This document shows positions 26,531 to 41,605 of a stretch of 64,000 bases of DNA, one piece after another. The notes below the pieces were generated by a model that was not told where the DNA came from, did no database searches, and worked only from the letters and a program-made list of their open reading frames with translations. This DNA comes from Octopus vulgaris (Eukaryota): positions 65,162,001 through 65,226,000 of the forward strand of contig OX597833.1 in assembly GCA_951406725.2 (NCBI GenBank), given 5' to 3'. The position numbers and the translations under genes are program-made. How positions within the stretch are numbered: the first letter of the stretch is position 1; each line of letters starts with the position of its first letter.

Positions 26531-26695
26531 GGCGCAGGAGTGGCTGTGTGGTAAGTAGCTTGCTAACCAGCCACATGGTTCCGGGTTCAGTCCCACTGCG
26601 TGGCACCTTGGGCAAGTGTCTTCTGCTATAGCCCCGGGCCGACCAATGCCTTGTGATTGAATTTGGTAGACGGAAACTGAAAGAAGCCTGTCGTA

Positions 26696-26748
<53 letters not shown>

Positions 26749-26992
26749 ATGTATGCGTGTGTGTGTGTGTGGTGTGCTTGTATGTCTGTGTTTGTGTCCC
26801 TAGCATTGCTTGACAACCGATGCTGCTGTGTTTACGTCCCCGTCACCCAGCGGTTCGGCAAAAGAGACCGATAGAATAAGTACTAGGCTTACAAAGAATA
26901 AGTCCCGGGGTCGATTTGCTCGATTAAAGGCGGTGCTCCAGCATGGCCGCAGTCAAATGACTGAAACAAGTAAAAGAGTAAAAGAAAGAGAG
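26531..26992 (+). mobile_element. SINE family A
   Basis: Full-length copy. Confidence 0.9.
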
Positions 26993-27441
26993 TACGAAAT
27001 TGAAACAGACTGGTTACAGCATTATAAACGTGTATTTGTGCTGTTTTATCTTTCGTTTTGTTTAACACTATAACCAATTTTCCCTTGTCTGTCCCCAACG
27101 GGGCCCACTCTGGTATAGCAGCTTGCTTTCAGAAAGTACCTCAGCATAACAAGTGCTGTGTCATAGCGTTGTAAGTGGAATTTAGTCGACTAGAATTAAC
27201 TGGGAGCGCATAGTAAGGACCGATGCTGTTGATGGGGGGTAAGTTTGATACACCAACAGCTTTACCTTGGATGTTTCCGTCCTTGTTCCACCACCGCTAA
27301 TTGACAGAATGGTAAATAAAACATCGCCGGTCGCCAAGCAATGAAATGATAAAATGTGAGCGCACACACACGCGTGTAAATATGTATATACTGACGTGCG
27401 AGTGGGGAGGGATATGTGTGTGTATGTATGTGTGTAGATAT

Positions 27442-27667
27442 ATTTCTTTACTATCCACAAAGGGCTAAAACAGAGGGGACAAACAAGGACAGACAAAGAG
27501 ATTAAGTCGATTACATCGACCCCGGTGCGTAACTGCTACTTAATTTATCGACCCTGAAAGGATAAAAGGCAAAGTCGACTTCGGCGGAATTTGAACTCAG
27601 AACGTACCGGCAGACGAAATACGGCTACGCATTTCGCCTGGCGTGCTAACGTTTCTGCCAGCTCGCC
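27442..27667 (-). mobile_element. SINE family D (single body + Tx1-like tail)
   Basis: Reverse complement of head, one body module and tail ending gtaaagaaata. Confidence 0.88.
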
Positions 27668-27699
27668 AGAGAGATTGATTGTTTCAGAGACATACAAAT

Positions 27700-27915
<216 letters not shown>

Positions 27916-28797
27916 GGTGTGGACAATCGCGACGAGGGTCTGCAGTTTTCCTCTAGTAAAGTCACTGACAAAGCATTGTTATCACCGAAAACATTCGTCA
28001 AAGATACAACACAGCGAAAGTGAACTTGAAATGTCGTGTTAGCGAAGCGAAATCCTTACCCAAGCAGCCATCTTTGCGAGTCTATAAATATGCTTCATTC
28101 ATTTAAGATCGATAGGAAAAAAAGAACCAAGACGTTGATCACCAACGTTCCATGTAAGACAGGGCAATCGATAGTAATGGACATTTGTGTATAGTTCGAT
28201 ACGAAAACAAGCTGCAGCGCTCATGGTTCGGTTAAGGAGCTGCCACATTGATGGCAGGAAGCGAGGGTATTATCTTAAGTCCGGAAACTTAACAGAAATA
28301 TTTGAGATGGAATACAGCCCGCTAAAGACACTCTAGCGCCACTTGGTTGATAGTATTAATTCAGACTTTAACTTAATCCATACAAATACTCTTATAAAGC
28401 CGTAGTCAATACCTGCAATTTCATGCTGCTTTCAATTCCTTGATAGAAAGATTAAAGGTATTTTAGTTCATTAAAAGAACGTCTCAGAATATCGTATCAG
28501 CTTTACAATTTACCGATTTCCGTTCAAATAAAATTTAATAGAAATTCGATTTTAGCACGTTATGGGAGTCGTTTCACGTTTACTATTTATATTGTTCAGG
28601 TATCATTCAATAACGAAAAATGTCAACACCATTTCCCGCTCCCTTCTATTCATATCTATCTGTCTATTCACCTAGGTTGATACCCAATCATCCATAGATC
28701 TATATTTATATATATGATAACGAACATACATACATATACACATAAATGTACATTATGTGGGTCTGCCTGCAAAATATTTGTGTGTGTCTCTCTCTCA

Positions 28798-28880
<83 letters not shown>

Positions 28881-29169
28881 TACTCAATATAGTTCACATG
28901 TTTGGGTAAACAGCCTTGGAGCGAACGAAATGTAGATCTTCGTGACAAAATGATACGAGTCTGTGTTTCAACTATCTTAAAAACAAGCTAAGGGCTGCAG
29001 GGTAAAAGAGGAACGCGGCTACAAATACACCGCCTACACTGATACGTATTCCTCGTAAATGCTACATTAGTGGGCTTCTTTGCAAATCGTAGGCGGGACA
29101 CAAATGTAACCTTCGGCATAATCATTATGACTGACGAAGAAAGTATAAATGTAATTATATATATATATA

Positions 29170-29583
29170 GGCGCAGGAGTGGCTGTGTGGTAAGTAGCTT
29201 GTTTACCAACCACATGCTTCTGGGTTCAGTCCCACTGCGTGGCAACTTGGGCAAGTGCCTTCTACTATAGCCTCGGGCCGACCAAAGCCTTGTGAGTGGA
29301 TTTGGTAGACGGAAACTGAAAGAAGTCCGTCGTATATATGTATATATATATGTATGCGTGTGTGTGTGTTTGTGTGTCTGTGTTTGTCCCCCTAGCATTG
29401 CTTGACAACCGATGCTGGTGTGGTTATATCCCCGTTACTTAGCGGTTCGGCAAAAGCGACCGATAGAATAAGTACTGGGCTTACAAAAGAATAAGTCCCG
29501 GGGTCGAGTTGCTCGACTAAAGGCGGTGCTCCAGCATGGCCGCAGTCAAATGACTGAAACAAGTAAAAGAGAGAATAAAGAGT
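29170..29583 (+). mobile_element. SINE family A
   Basis: Full-length copy followed by (GATA)n. Confidence 0.9.
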
Positions 29584-29585
29584 AT

Positions 29586-29664
<79 letters not shown>

Positions 29665-29881
29665 CACGTTATGAGAATTAATGGTGTCGTTGAGACCCAA
29701 AGGTGTCAGGTAATGCTGAATAAGTGCTATGGATAGACCATAGCTATGTTCCAGGTTCGGTGATTATGCGAATAAGGGGTCCAATGTGGGTCATGTATCA
29801 GCGTGTGTATATAATTTTTTTTTTCCATAATCAGATAACAAACCAAGGCTGTGTAGATTTTAGAACATTTATAGAAAGAAG

Positions 29882-29929
29882 GTCTTACACCTGTTTCCAG
29901 GATATTTATTATATCTCTTCATCGGAGAC
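29882..29929 (-). ncRNA. Type I minimal hammerhead ribozyme motif (Penelope-type), CCGATGA core variant
   Basis: Minus strand gtct-CCGATGA-agagatat-aataa-atatcctg-GAAA-caggtg-TA-agac. Stem I gtct/agac; stem III is one change from the palindrome cagctg. Confidence 0.65.
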
Positions 29930-30314
29930 GGTGTGAGAAGATGGTTGAGCAATAGTTTATTTAGATGAGATATTAAATAGAGAGTGAGGTGGAGGAATCA
30001 AAATAGATTTGAAATCTGTAGGGATATTGTATTTGTAGAGCCATTATTTAGGCAGAACGGTATACATATAAGATTCCAATACCTCATGAGTAAAATCCCA
30101 AAGTATATATACACACACAGTAGAATATATATCTAAGAGATTACAAGGAATTCGAGAGAAACCAACTTGTCTTTCTTGCATTTTTGTCTTTCACAGGAGC
30201 TACAACAAAACCTGTGATAAATGATAATAATAATAATAATGATAATAATAATGATAAAAATAATGATAAAAATAATAATAATAATAACAATAATAATAAT
30301 AATAATAATAATAA

Positions 30315-30870
30315 ATGCCCTGATGCAGTACCAGGCAGTGGCTCTCATGGCTTCTGATCTTAACTGATTGGAAGTGTTATCATGTACATTGTTTTGTCTT
30401 GGTATAAAAGATGGGCTACAGCAAATATTCTGCTCAATACCACAGATTTGCTTGTCAGTTGTTTGACCTTAACCAGTTGAGCATGTCCCTTAGTGGCTGA
30501 CGATATGTGCATCTCTGATCACGAGCAGAAGTAGTGGGGGAGCATCATAGCCATGTGTTGAGAGGGATGCTTTGGGGTTTGAATAGTTCACCTCTGGAAA
30601 CATGGGTGGTTCTTTCAACATCCTTAAACAACCCTTATTCGGGGACCGTTTGAGCGGGATGGGCTACTCAACCTGAAGAAAATTCAAACTGGGCCCCACC
30701 TGCAAGGTCATGTGCTGTTTATCTTGATATGAGATCACCATGTCGCGCACATATGGTTGTGATGCATGTGCCTGGTGTACCTTTATCAGACGGGTAGTCA
30801 TGATGGGTATATTGGGCTTCGTATATTTTACCCCAGTGTCACTTTGATGGCATGAACTGCTCTCTCACTC
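30315..30870. mobile_element. Non-coding insert splitting an (AAT)n array; probable LINE 3' UTR fragment
   Basis: About 555 bp of higher-GC complex sequence with (AAT)n directly on both sides and no ORF. Confidence 0.55.
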
Positions 30871-30901
<31 letters not shown>

Positions 30902-30902
<1 letters not shown>

Positions 30903-31308
30903 GGAGTGGCTGTGTGGTAAGTAGGTTGCTTACCAACCACATGGTCCCGGGTTCAGTCCCACTGCGTGGCACTTTGGGCAAGTGTCTCCCACTATAGCCT
31001 CGGGCTGACTAGAGCCTTGTGAGTGGATTTGGGAGACGGAAACTGAAAGAAGCCCATCGTATATATGTATCATTATATGTGTGTGTGTGTGTGTGTTTTT
31101 GTGTGTCTATGTTTGCCCCTCCAACAGCGCTTGACAACCAACGCCGGTGTATTTCCGTCCCCGTAACACTAGCGGTTCGGCAAAAGAGCCCGATATAATG
31201 AGTACTAGTCTTACAAGTAATAAGTCTTGGGGTCGATTTGCTCGACTAAAGGCGGTGCTCCAGCATGGCCGCAGTCACATGACTGAAACAAGTAAAGGAT
31301 AAAAGAGT
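30902..31308 (+). mobile_element. SINE family A
   Basis: Near full-length copy. Confidence 0.88.
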
Positions 31309-31327
31309 AATAATAAAAATAATAACC

Positions 31328-31545
31328 AGAAGCAGAAGAAGAAGAAGAAGAAGAAGAAGAAGAAGAAGAAGAAGAAGAAGAAGAAGAAGAAGAAGAAGAA
31401 GGAGAAGGAGAAGAAGAAGAAGAAAAAGAAGGAGAAGGAGAAGGAGAAGAAGAAGAAGAAAAAGAAGGAGAAGGAGAAGGAGAAGAAGAAGAAGAAGAAG
31501 AAGAAGAAGAAGAAGAAGAACAACAACAACAACAACAACATCAGC
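31328..31545. repeat. (GAA)n/(GGAGAA)n/(CAA)n microsatellite
   Basis: Directly visible. Confidence 0.97.
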
Positions 31546-31983
31546 AAGGACATCAAGAACAAGTCCAATAACCAGAACAAGAGTACCAACAACAACACTG
31601 TACGTAATCTGACGCATCTTTGGGCTTAAGCCGCTTATCTCTAAACGAAATGAAAACTCGCAAAAACAAATGAATTGATTGATTGAAATTAGGCTTATGA
31701 TAGAATTCGCCATTTTAAAGACATTTTTGTTGGTTTTGGATTTCTAAGATGAAGATGGACCATTAATAAAATAATACCATTTCCGTTTAAATCGAAAAAT
31801 TCTGCAACACAGGATTATCTTTTAGTGCGCTTCTTAAAAAAACAAAACATTTGAGTTTTACATGTCAATATATTCTTAGGGACAAACGAAACAGTTTATT
31901 GTTGAGACAAAACAAAAAGATACAAGGAAAGACGCCATTCCTATAATCTTTCAGCATTAATGCATACATACATACACGCATAC

Positions 31984-32056
<73 letters not shown>

Positions 32057-32315
32057 TATATAAACAAATGTATATATACATATATATTTGTATTTGTGGA
32101 CATTTTTGAGGATGCAAACAAACAGAATATTAAGAGATTATTTAAGTACGAATTTATTATTTTATTGTAAGTGCCTTCGAAGTTTCAACGGGAATGTGTT
32201 TAGCTTATTCAAACACTACTTGTATATATGCTACAGACACAGGCATGCTTCCACTATCAATATATTTCTTACATACATGCATATATACATGAATACATAT
32301 ATATACATATACATA

Positions 32316-32490
32316 GGTGCAGGAGTGGCTGTGTGGTAAGTAGCTTGCTAACCAGCCACATGGTTCCGGGTTCAGTCCCACTGCGTGGCATCTTGGGCAA
32401 GTGTCTTCTACTATAGCCTCGAGTCGACCAAAGCCTTGTGAGTGGATTTGTTAGATGGAAACTCAAAGAAGCCTGTCGTATATATGTATG

Positions 32491-32542
<52 letters not shown>

Positions 32543-32776
32543 TGTATGTATGTATGTATGTGTGTGTATATGTTTGTGTGTCTGTGTTTGTCCCTCTAAC
32601 ATTACTTGACAACTGATGCTGGTGTGTTTACGTTCCCGTCACTTAACGGTTCGGCAAAAGAACCGATAAAATAAGTACTGGGCTTACAAAGAATAAGTCC
32701 CAGGGTCGATTAGCTCGACTAAAGGCGGTGCTCCAGCATGGCCGCAGTCAAATGACTGAAACAGATAAAAGAGAGT
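32316..32776 (+). mobile_element. SINE family A
   Basis: Full-length copy with internal (TATG)n. Confidence 0.9.
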
Positions 32777-32842
32777 ATTATAAAGAGAGTACATGAATAC
32801 ATATATACAATACATATACATGACTACATATATATAATATAT

Positions 32843-33441
32843 GAACTCAGGTAACACCTCTTAATTTTCGAGCACCTTCTGGAATATTGGAGCGGTTCTA
32901 ACCAGTGTTGTTTTCTGCAAGTGCTCCAACCTTATTGCAGCCCCTATTAGTTCTACGTATTTCTCCAGATTTTTGCTCAATGTTCCCAGGGCTCCGACAA
33001 TTATTGGTACTACTGCTACCTTTTTCATCGACCGTAACTGCTTAACTTCCCAAGCTAACCTGTCATATCTCTCGACTTTTCTTTCTTCCTTATCTCATAC
33101 CTTGCTGTCAGCTGAGCATGCTACATCTATAATCCAGCATGGTTTGTTTTGTTTCTCAATTAAGACTATGTCCTTCTTACTATTTTCTATCTCATGATCG
33201 TACTAGATCATAAAATCCCATAGGATCTTTGCATTTCTATTTTCGACGATGCCTTCGGGTTTGTGGTCTTATCAAATTTTTTGCTGTGTCAAGTCCTTAC
33301 TTGTTGGAAAGTCTCCAATGGTCAAGCCTGGCTATATTGTAGTTGCGTCTCTTATATTCCTTCTGAGCTAGTAGCGTACATTGGCCAGTAATATGCCATA
33401 AGGTTTCACCATTTTATCCACAAATTCTGCATTTATCACTT
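32843..33441 (-). pseudogene. R4/Dong-type non-LTR retrotransposon 3' fragment (CCHC + restriction-like endonuclease)
   Basis: Minus strand CRICG..ETLWHITGQC, KILWDF, KKDIVLIEK..CWIIDVAC, KVERYDRL, VVPIIVGALG with in-frame stops. The 5' break abuts an (ATT)n run at 33442-33460. Confidence 0.85.
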
Positions 33442-33458
33442 ATCATTATTATTATTAT

Positions 33459-33601
<143 letters not shown>

Positions 33602-34239
33602 ATATTGTTGTTTTACTTTTTGTCGTTATTTTTGTCGTTGTTGTTGTTATTATTATTAGTCGCTACAAAAATTCTATGAAAATGAAATTGCAAAATACAA
33701 AATTACATCACGAAGACTGTTAGAAAAAATTTATTTAAAATGCATCAAATCAAAACAAAAAAGCAATAAATAATTTTTAAAAAAATATATACATCCTGCG
33801 ACGATCTTTCTACAATATAGGAAGAAAAATAAAGCTAGTGCAGCAAAAATATGAACTTTGGGAAATATTGAATTATATGAGGCGAATTGTTAATAAGTTC
33901 TCTTTTTAAAATATTTTTTCCCTAAGATTTTCTATTTACTGTTATTTTTTGCACGATTATACTTTTTGAAAAGTGATTTTAACTTGCTTTCTTTGTTTTC
34001 TCTTTGTTTTTTTGTTGTTGTTTTTTTCATGTATGTACTGACTAAATTTGGTAATGAACTTTCGTGTGAATTTTTCCTTACTGAATGAAATGTGGCGAAT
34101 TTTCTCTGCGAATAAAAAACAGAAAGGTTTTTAAAAAAATGTTTGGTGATGTATTTTCTCTGCGGTTAGAGAGCATGATGATGAATTTCGAGACGATGTT
34201 GCTGTTGTACTGAGTATGGGTTCGGCAAAGATGTGTGAA

Positions 34240-34620
34240 CTTGTGCTGAATTTATCTTGCGAACTAATTACCAGGCGCAGGAATTAACAAAAGATCAAAT
34301 TCCTTGGTGCTAAAATTACCAAACAATAATATTCCTGACTATGAAATTACCAACCGGTAAAGATACTGCGTGATGCAATTTCTAGATGGTAAATTTAACA
34401 GGTGTTATTGTTACCCAGCGATGAAATTACCAGACGATAAATTTACTAAGTGATAATTTTACCAGGCGATTATGAAGTGAAATTACCTTACAAGGATACT
34501 ACCAGGCGATGAAATTCCCTGCTGTAAAATTTAGCAGGCATTGAAATCGCTTCATGATTAAATTACCCAGCAGATAAACTTAAAGGTGGTGAACTTATCT
34601 CTAAGTTAATACCCGAGGTG
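34240..34620. repeat. Highly degenerate array with about 15-bp period (consensus near gcgatgaaattacca)
   Basis: Recurrent aaattacc / aatttac cores at about 15-nt spacing, clearest at 34418-34470. Confidence 0.6.
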
Positions 34621-36448
34621 GATTTACTAGACACTGCATCTTAATCTACGTTATTGAATATAATCCGCTTAACAGCTATCAGCTTATTTAATGCGGCGAG
34701 ATGAGATATGAGAGAATATTAGCTGCTATATCTAGCTAGTCGAACTAACTCTCAGAGACTTCGTTGTAACAGATGGCAGCACTTTATTGATATTCACAGT
34801 ACTGACGTTTTTCGTAGACTATGGACGCAATCATTATTATTTACAATCTGCAATTTTCAGAAGTATTAACCCTTTAACTACGCAATAAAATTTCGAAGTT
34901 ATTCCAGAAATGATATTAAATATCCACCAAAATATAGATTTGGTATTTTCTGCAAGTTACATTGCTTCAGGAGACCATATATATATATAACAAATATCAT
35001 TTCTAATATAACATCCCTTAACAAAAGATAAACGTGTATATAAACTGATTTCTGCAGTAAAGGATAATGAAATTTTAAGTGGATTTTAGTGTTTGTCGCA
35101 GCAAAAGGATTAAACATTCATATTGCGGATACAAAAGGCAGTCTATGGCTTTGGTTTTCTAAGACAGGTGAGAAGAACGCCTATCTATTGATCAATCCGG
35201 TGTTGTGGTAGATAACCCTTTCCTTATGGACTGTGTAGTGCTAACGAAACTAGAACAAGATGGCTGCGAAACGAACTTCTTAAGCACAAGCGATATTTCT
35301 ACGCCTGACAAAACTACATTATAATACTAAGTCACATTACTCACATTCTGTACAAAGGACGCTTAATTAAATAAGGCAACAATTTTCTCTCCCATGCATG
35401 GAAGGGCGAATTCTTTTTTTTTGTTGTTTTTATTGTTGTTGGTGGTGGCAGTTGTTCTGGTATTGCTGGTGTGGTGGCGGTGGTAGTTGTAGTGGTACTG
35501 CTGTAGGTGGTATTGATGGTGGTGGTAATGCTTGTAATGGTGGTAACAATTGTTGTGGTAGTAATAATCGTCGCTATGGTGGTGGTTGTGATTGTGGTGG
35601 TGAGTGCTTTTCTTCTAATTCTGAACACAAACATTTTTCAAACAAATGTATTCCAGGCATGTCACTCCTTTCCAACTTCTTGGGGAAGGAATGGCACAGT
35701 AGCTACGACTGCCTTATCACATGGGTATATCTTGTCTCTTTTTTTAAAGACCATAACGTGTCTATTTCTAGACAGTTGAGAGCCAACACGTGGCCATCAC
35801 ACCACCAGTGCGCTACTTCGAGCGACATGAAAGCAGCTTTTATTATTCAATCTTATTTCAGCCTAACACAATGAGATAGCCTATGTTTAAAGGTTTTCCA
35901 ATCAATACCAACTTCTTTTTCTCAATGTAGATGAGACTGTATTATGTAATTTTTTTCACTTTGTTAAGACTGTGGTGTGTGATTGAAGAAAGCGACAAAT
36001 AGAGAGAGATCTTACGTTGTCCTTTCTAGCAGTGTCATCGACCGCATACAGATCTCGTCTTCTACTGTGACCCTACCGATATATCAATTTTTTGGTGCTC
36101 AATGACCCTAATTTATCCTTGGTTGTAAAGTTCTCTCCCGAAGACATTTCAGCTACATATATATTTTTCGGATTGGAGGTGAGTCAAGTACGCTATCTTT
36201 ATATCTTAATAAGATACAGGGCGTTCTTTGACTAGTATTTCCTTACTTGCTATTTCTACAAGTTCGATGGACCACATAGGTGACAGTACTCCAGCATCGC
36301 CGCAGCAATATATCTGAAACAATCAAAAGAATGAAAAAAAAATAATTAAAAAAAGGAAATCGAGCGAATCTTCATTTACTAGTTCACTTCGCCGTGAATT
36401 GGCTTGCTCGGCCCTTTTTGCTTTTTTGCAGACGCCCTTATTGTAATT

Positions 36449-36658
36449 ACTCTTTTACTCTTTTACTTGTTTCAGTCATTTGACTGCGGCCATGCTAGAG
36501 CAGCGCCTTTAGTCGAGCAAATCGACCCCGGGACTCATTCTTTGTAAGCCCAGTACTTATTCTATCGGTCTCTTTTGCCGAACCGCTAAGTGACGGGGAC
36601 GTAAACACACCAGCATCGGTTGTCAAGCAATGCTAGGGTGACAAAGACAGACACACAA

Positions 36659-36697
<39 letters not shown>

Positions 36698-36863
36698 TAC
36701 GACAGGCTTCTTTCAGTTTCCGTCTACCAAATCCACTCACAAGGCATTGGTCGGCCCGGGGCTATAGCAGAAGACACTTGCCGAAGGTGCCACGCAGTGG
36801 GACTGAACCCGGAACCATGTGGTTGATTAGCAAGCTACTTACCACACAGCCACTCCTGCGCCT
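36449..36863 (-). mobile_element. SINE family A
   Basis: Full-length reverse-complement copy. Confidence 0.9.
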
Positions 36864-37763
36864 GTTTACATAAACGAAATATATTGAGGGTAATCTTTTT
36901 TTAAGAGCATAGTTTAAAGTAGATCTCTGCGTCAATAAAATGGCAGTACACTGTAGAAAGAAACGAAACGATATATTATATTCATGCGCTGGTGTATAAA
37001 TTTACATCAGTTAACTAGGAAAAGAAAGCCGGGAGTGCTTTATGGAGACACTATATTATCTTAGACAAGTCATGCAACGTTTCATTGCATATATATATAT
37101 ATATTCCGCAATATGTGTTACTGTTCAGAATATATTTGATAGAACAGAAGCGCATTCAATCGGTAACGACACGTCACGTTATTTCTCATATATGACGTCT
37201 TGTAAGTTTGTAGCTGGATGTCCATTGGTGGGGGTGGATTTTATTGAAATTCAGAGAGTGGAGCAAATGCGACCTATCGGTGTGATTGTTCGAAATTAAT
37301 TTAAGAGATACCCCAAAACGTGGTGAATATTTGCTCAAATGCAGAAATGAAACATTTGTGTAAATCCCAAAAACTTGTCATGTCGACTTTTTCCTCCTTA
37401 GTTTTTCTCTTTCACGCTTATTCCACTGAATACGCATATGCACATATCTATATACCTACCTACCTGCATACATACATATGCATACATACATAAATAAATA
37501 AATATATTTATATATATGACAAAAGATGATCCACGTTTAAACAAGATGCTCCAGGTTTTTTTAATATTATTGAATCTTGTCAGCACTGAATTTTTTAAAC
37601 ATGTTTTTTTCTACTTTGAAAGTGTTTACGTTTTACCATTGATAAACAAAAAAATATTGTCGAAACTAGTTTGATATGTAAATATATTTATTTAAAAACA
37701 TCTACAAGTTCTTAAAATTCAATTGCATTTTCAACAACAAATTTTCCTCTCTCTCTCTCTCTT

Positions 37764-37856
<93 letters not shown>

Positions 37857-38082
37857 TTACTATTACGCAAAAGTGTCGTCAGTACAAAATGTTGTTTTAT
37901 CAGAAAACGAAAGGATAATTTTACCATTCCATAGGTAAAACGTTGTATTAAACTTTCACAATCTTTGATATCTTGCCATCTGAAGCAGTTGGAGATACGA
38001 TAGTTTGCAAATAAAAATTAAATATTGAAAAAACAAACACATTTGGACATATTAAAATTTAATATGATAGCAGCGATATATA

Positions 38083-38345
38083 TAAAACTTTAGATAAAAC
38101 TTAGATATGTTTCGACCAAAGATTGGTCCAGGCCATGTCTAACTTAATAGCACCACCTGATAGGATTATCTAAATCCTGCTTAAGTCAAGTTTGGTTTAT
38201 GGTCCATTCAAGTAGTGAGTTTTTGTTGGGTGAGTTATATCCAATTATGGGTGGCTTATCTGGTATTCTTTGAAGGAATCTATCCAGACTCCGTTTAAAG
38301 TTGATGGGATCCTTTTCGTCTTTGATCTCTTTCGGGACAATGTTA
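38083..38345 (-). mobile_element. CR1-type LINE 3' end
   Basis: C-terminal peptide FKRSLDRFLQRIPDKPPIIGY..NSLLEW, short 3' UTR with hairpin gaccaa-tct-ttggtc and repeated tctaa(a)gttttat tail. Confidence 0.75.
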
Positions 38346-39171
38346 TGATCATTATTGGGATATGAATCTGGAGGAAGCAGTTGCAAGAAATTCTCCAAAA
38401 CATGTCAGAGAACTGTTCGCAGATCTTCCCATTCAGAGTTAGTTGCTTAAAAGATATATACTAGCGTAAAAGGCGCCGTAGGACGGCTTTTAAACTTGTG
38501 TGTATATATGTGTGTGTATGTAAGTTTATTAGATTGTTCAATACATTTAAGATAAGTATAGTTGTAAAATAAATTTAAGATTCTGCATTTAAACTTGGTG
38601 ATACAAAACTGACGTAGGTCAAATGAGTGAATTTTTCTGTCTCTGATCACAAGAATAGTTAGATGTGAGTAATTTCAGCATTTGTTGACGACACATCGGA
38701 GATTAGTTACATATAGCGCGCCACAGAGGGAATAGTCCCGTTTATTTATAGCTTAAACACACGAGGACTGAACTAAATTGGTTTGTCTAATTTGCATAAC
38801 AGCGCATGCGTTGGAAATGTAAATTAATTAATTAATCGAAGAACTATAGAAGAACACGCAGCTTCTTATGAATAAATATACAGCCGCCGAACAATATTTA
38901 CATAATGGCACGAGATTGACAACCGGGAATTAATTGTTGCGCTAACACTACATGACTGCGAATAAATATGTGTTATTATAACATATGTTATGCGCCCAAA
39001 ACACACTCCTACATACACGCACGGATACATTCACATATATATGTATATGTGTGTGTGTGTTTGTGTGTGTATATGTGTCTACGTATGTATATATCTATGT
39101 ATGTATGTGTTGGAATTTCTTGGGAAATATAGCCGTGAAGAAATGCGTTACTGTTTTCGAAGATATTTTGC

Positions 39172-39214
<43 letters not shown>

Positions 39215-39620
39215 GACGGAAGGAGAAGTCTGATGGCAAACTTGATTAAAGCCATTCTTACATCTTCTTTGCATGTTTGCCGCGTCCTCTCGCGGAATAA
39301 AATTAATTATATCACATCACATCACAGCAGTGCAACAGTAGCAGAAGACTTCGTTGTCAAGTGAACTCGGTTCCCCATGATTTATCTCTTATTAATTTTC
39401 ACTCACGATGCTGGATGTAGTAAAGGGCATCTCATCGGGATTGAAACACAAGGAATAATTAATGACGGTTTGCCCTGTGAGAGAAGAAAAAGTTCTTGTC
39501 TCGGCTCTTTTTCACCCTGTTCACTAGAGAGATCTCCATAATCACAGACATCGGACAATGACTGGTAACTTCTCGCTAATGCTTGTTAAAGGAAAGCAAT
39601 AGGTGGATCGTAGCGATACC

Positions 39621-39627
39621 AGTAGTG

Positions 39628-39711
<84 letters not shown>

Positions 39712-39776
39712 TTAACAGCAGCAGTGGTTGTAGTAGTTATGGTGTGGTGGTGGTGGTAGTGGTGGTGGTAGTGGTG

Positions 39777-39855
<79 letters not shown>

Positions 39856-39946
39856 CAGTAGTAGTAGTAGTAGTAGCATTAGCAGCAGCAGTGGTTGTAG
39901 TAGTTATGGTATTGTGGTGGTGCTGGTGGTGGTGGTGGTGGTAGTT

Positions 39947-39980
<34 letters not shown>

Positions 39981-40054
39981 ATTTCTAAAGACTCTGCCAG
40001 TTCAAAGCCAATAATAACGTTAATAGTGGTTTCAAACTTCGGTGGTGGTGATGG

Positions 40055-40125
<71 letters not shown>

Positions 40126-40140
40126 GTGGTGAAGATGACG
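39621..40140. repeat. (AGT)n/(GGT)n/(GAT)n compound microsatellite
   Basis: Directly visible. Confidence 0.97.
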
Positions 40141-40458
40141 ACGTCGATGATCACGATGCTGATGAGTTTGAGAAGAAAGATATCTAAATGTACTTAGATA
40201 TATACCAGAAAAGGGCCACGTGTCCTTCCCGAACAACAGGCTCATATGAACGGATTCTTTGGTGTAAATATTCCTCTCCGGTACGTGACGCTTCTCCCTC
40301 GTTTCTACCAAACACAACTCATCGACCGGTCCGGGAATTGAAACCGCACGCTTAAGAACATGTGTGTAATACCCAAACCAACAATTCGCGCTCCTCCACA
40401 CAGACACACACACAAATACATGTGCATATGTGTGTATCTGTATATAGACATATGTGAG

Positions 40459-40498
<40 letters not shown>

Positions 40499-41547
40499 AG
40501 TGTGTGTCTGTGTCTGTGAATCTGAGTTTAAGTTTATATATATAAATACTTACATACATATTCTCATACATACATAGTAATTCACACATTCACACCTACA
40601 TACTCACATACACACACACACACGCACGCACGCACACTACTATTAACCATAATGGAATTAATAACCAATAGCAGAATGTCTATTTAGAATCTGACGTAAG
40701 AACATTAGAAATAAGATAAGGTGTACAAAGCAATATGGCGATAGCAAGTGAGTAGCGAATGTAAAGTAATATTGCTGATATAACAGTCGAACCAAATATG
40801 TTATGATAAATTTTTTTCTCTGTTCTGCATAAATATATACAATGTACAGAAAAGCAATTATCCAGCTTTATATACTACAGACAAATATTATAGCTTACTA
40901 TACTTTATTTCAAAAGCATAATTCTTCTGTTTTTATGCCTCCTAAGAAATCTTATTAGCTTGGCACATCTCAGCAAATATATTTGCTTCTAACACGAATG
41001 GTTATAGAACCGATGTAAAAATTCCCAGAGATAGATCTTGCTAAATACTCATTCGCGCGTTTCCTGCTGTCTTGCATAATATAGTGACTCTGGAGATGAA
41101 TAAATAATTTTTACCTGGAGTGGTTGTGTGGTAAGAAGCTTGCTTCCCAACCACCATGGTTCTAGGTTCAGTTCCACTGCGAGGCTTATTTGGAAACTAT
41201 ATTTTGCTATAGCTTCGCATACAGAAAATTGCACTACTGGGCACCGCACACATCCTACGTAATACAATTTCAATACAGTAACTATAAGAGCATCACAACA
41301 AACCACAGCACATGCCCAAGGCACACAGAAGTCACGTTATAAAAATAAAACTACTGAATAATAATAATAATAATAATCGCTGTGAAAACAACATCCATCC
41401 ATGAATTTATTTATTTTTAAATACATATTTTATCTGTGAATTTGCGTGTGTAATCTGGGAATGCATACAATGAGCTTCTCTGCCCTTGGTGTATGGAAAA
41501 CACTCGGCGAGAAACGGAAGAAAATTTGAAGAAAGAAGGAAAAAAAC

Positions 41548-41605
<58 letters not shown>

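Noticed and set aside
38100-38142. Hammerhead-like layout ttaga..gaccaa/ttggtc-GAAA-ca-TA-tctaa (also at 55209-55250)
   Set aside because: There is no CUGANGA box, and its position right before the repeated tail fits a CR1-type 3' recognition hairpin.
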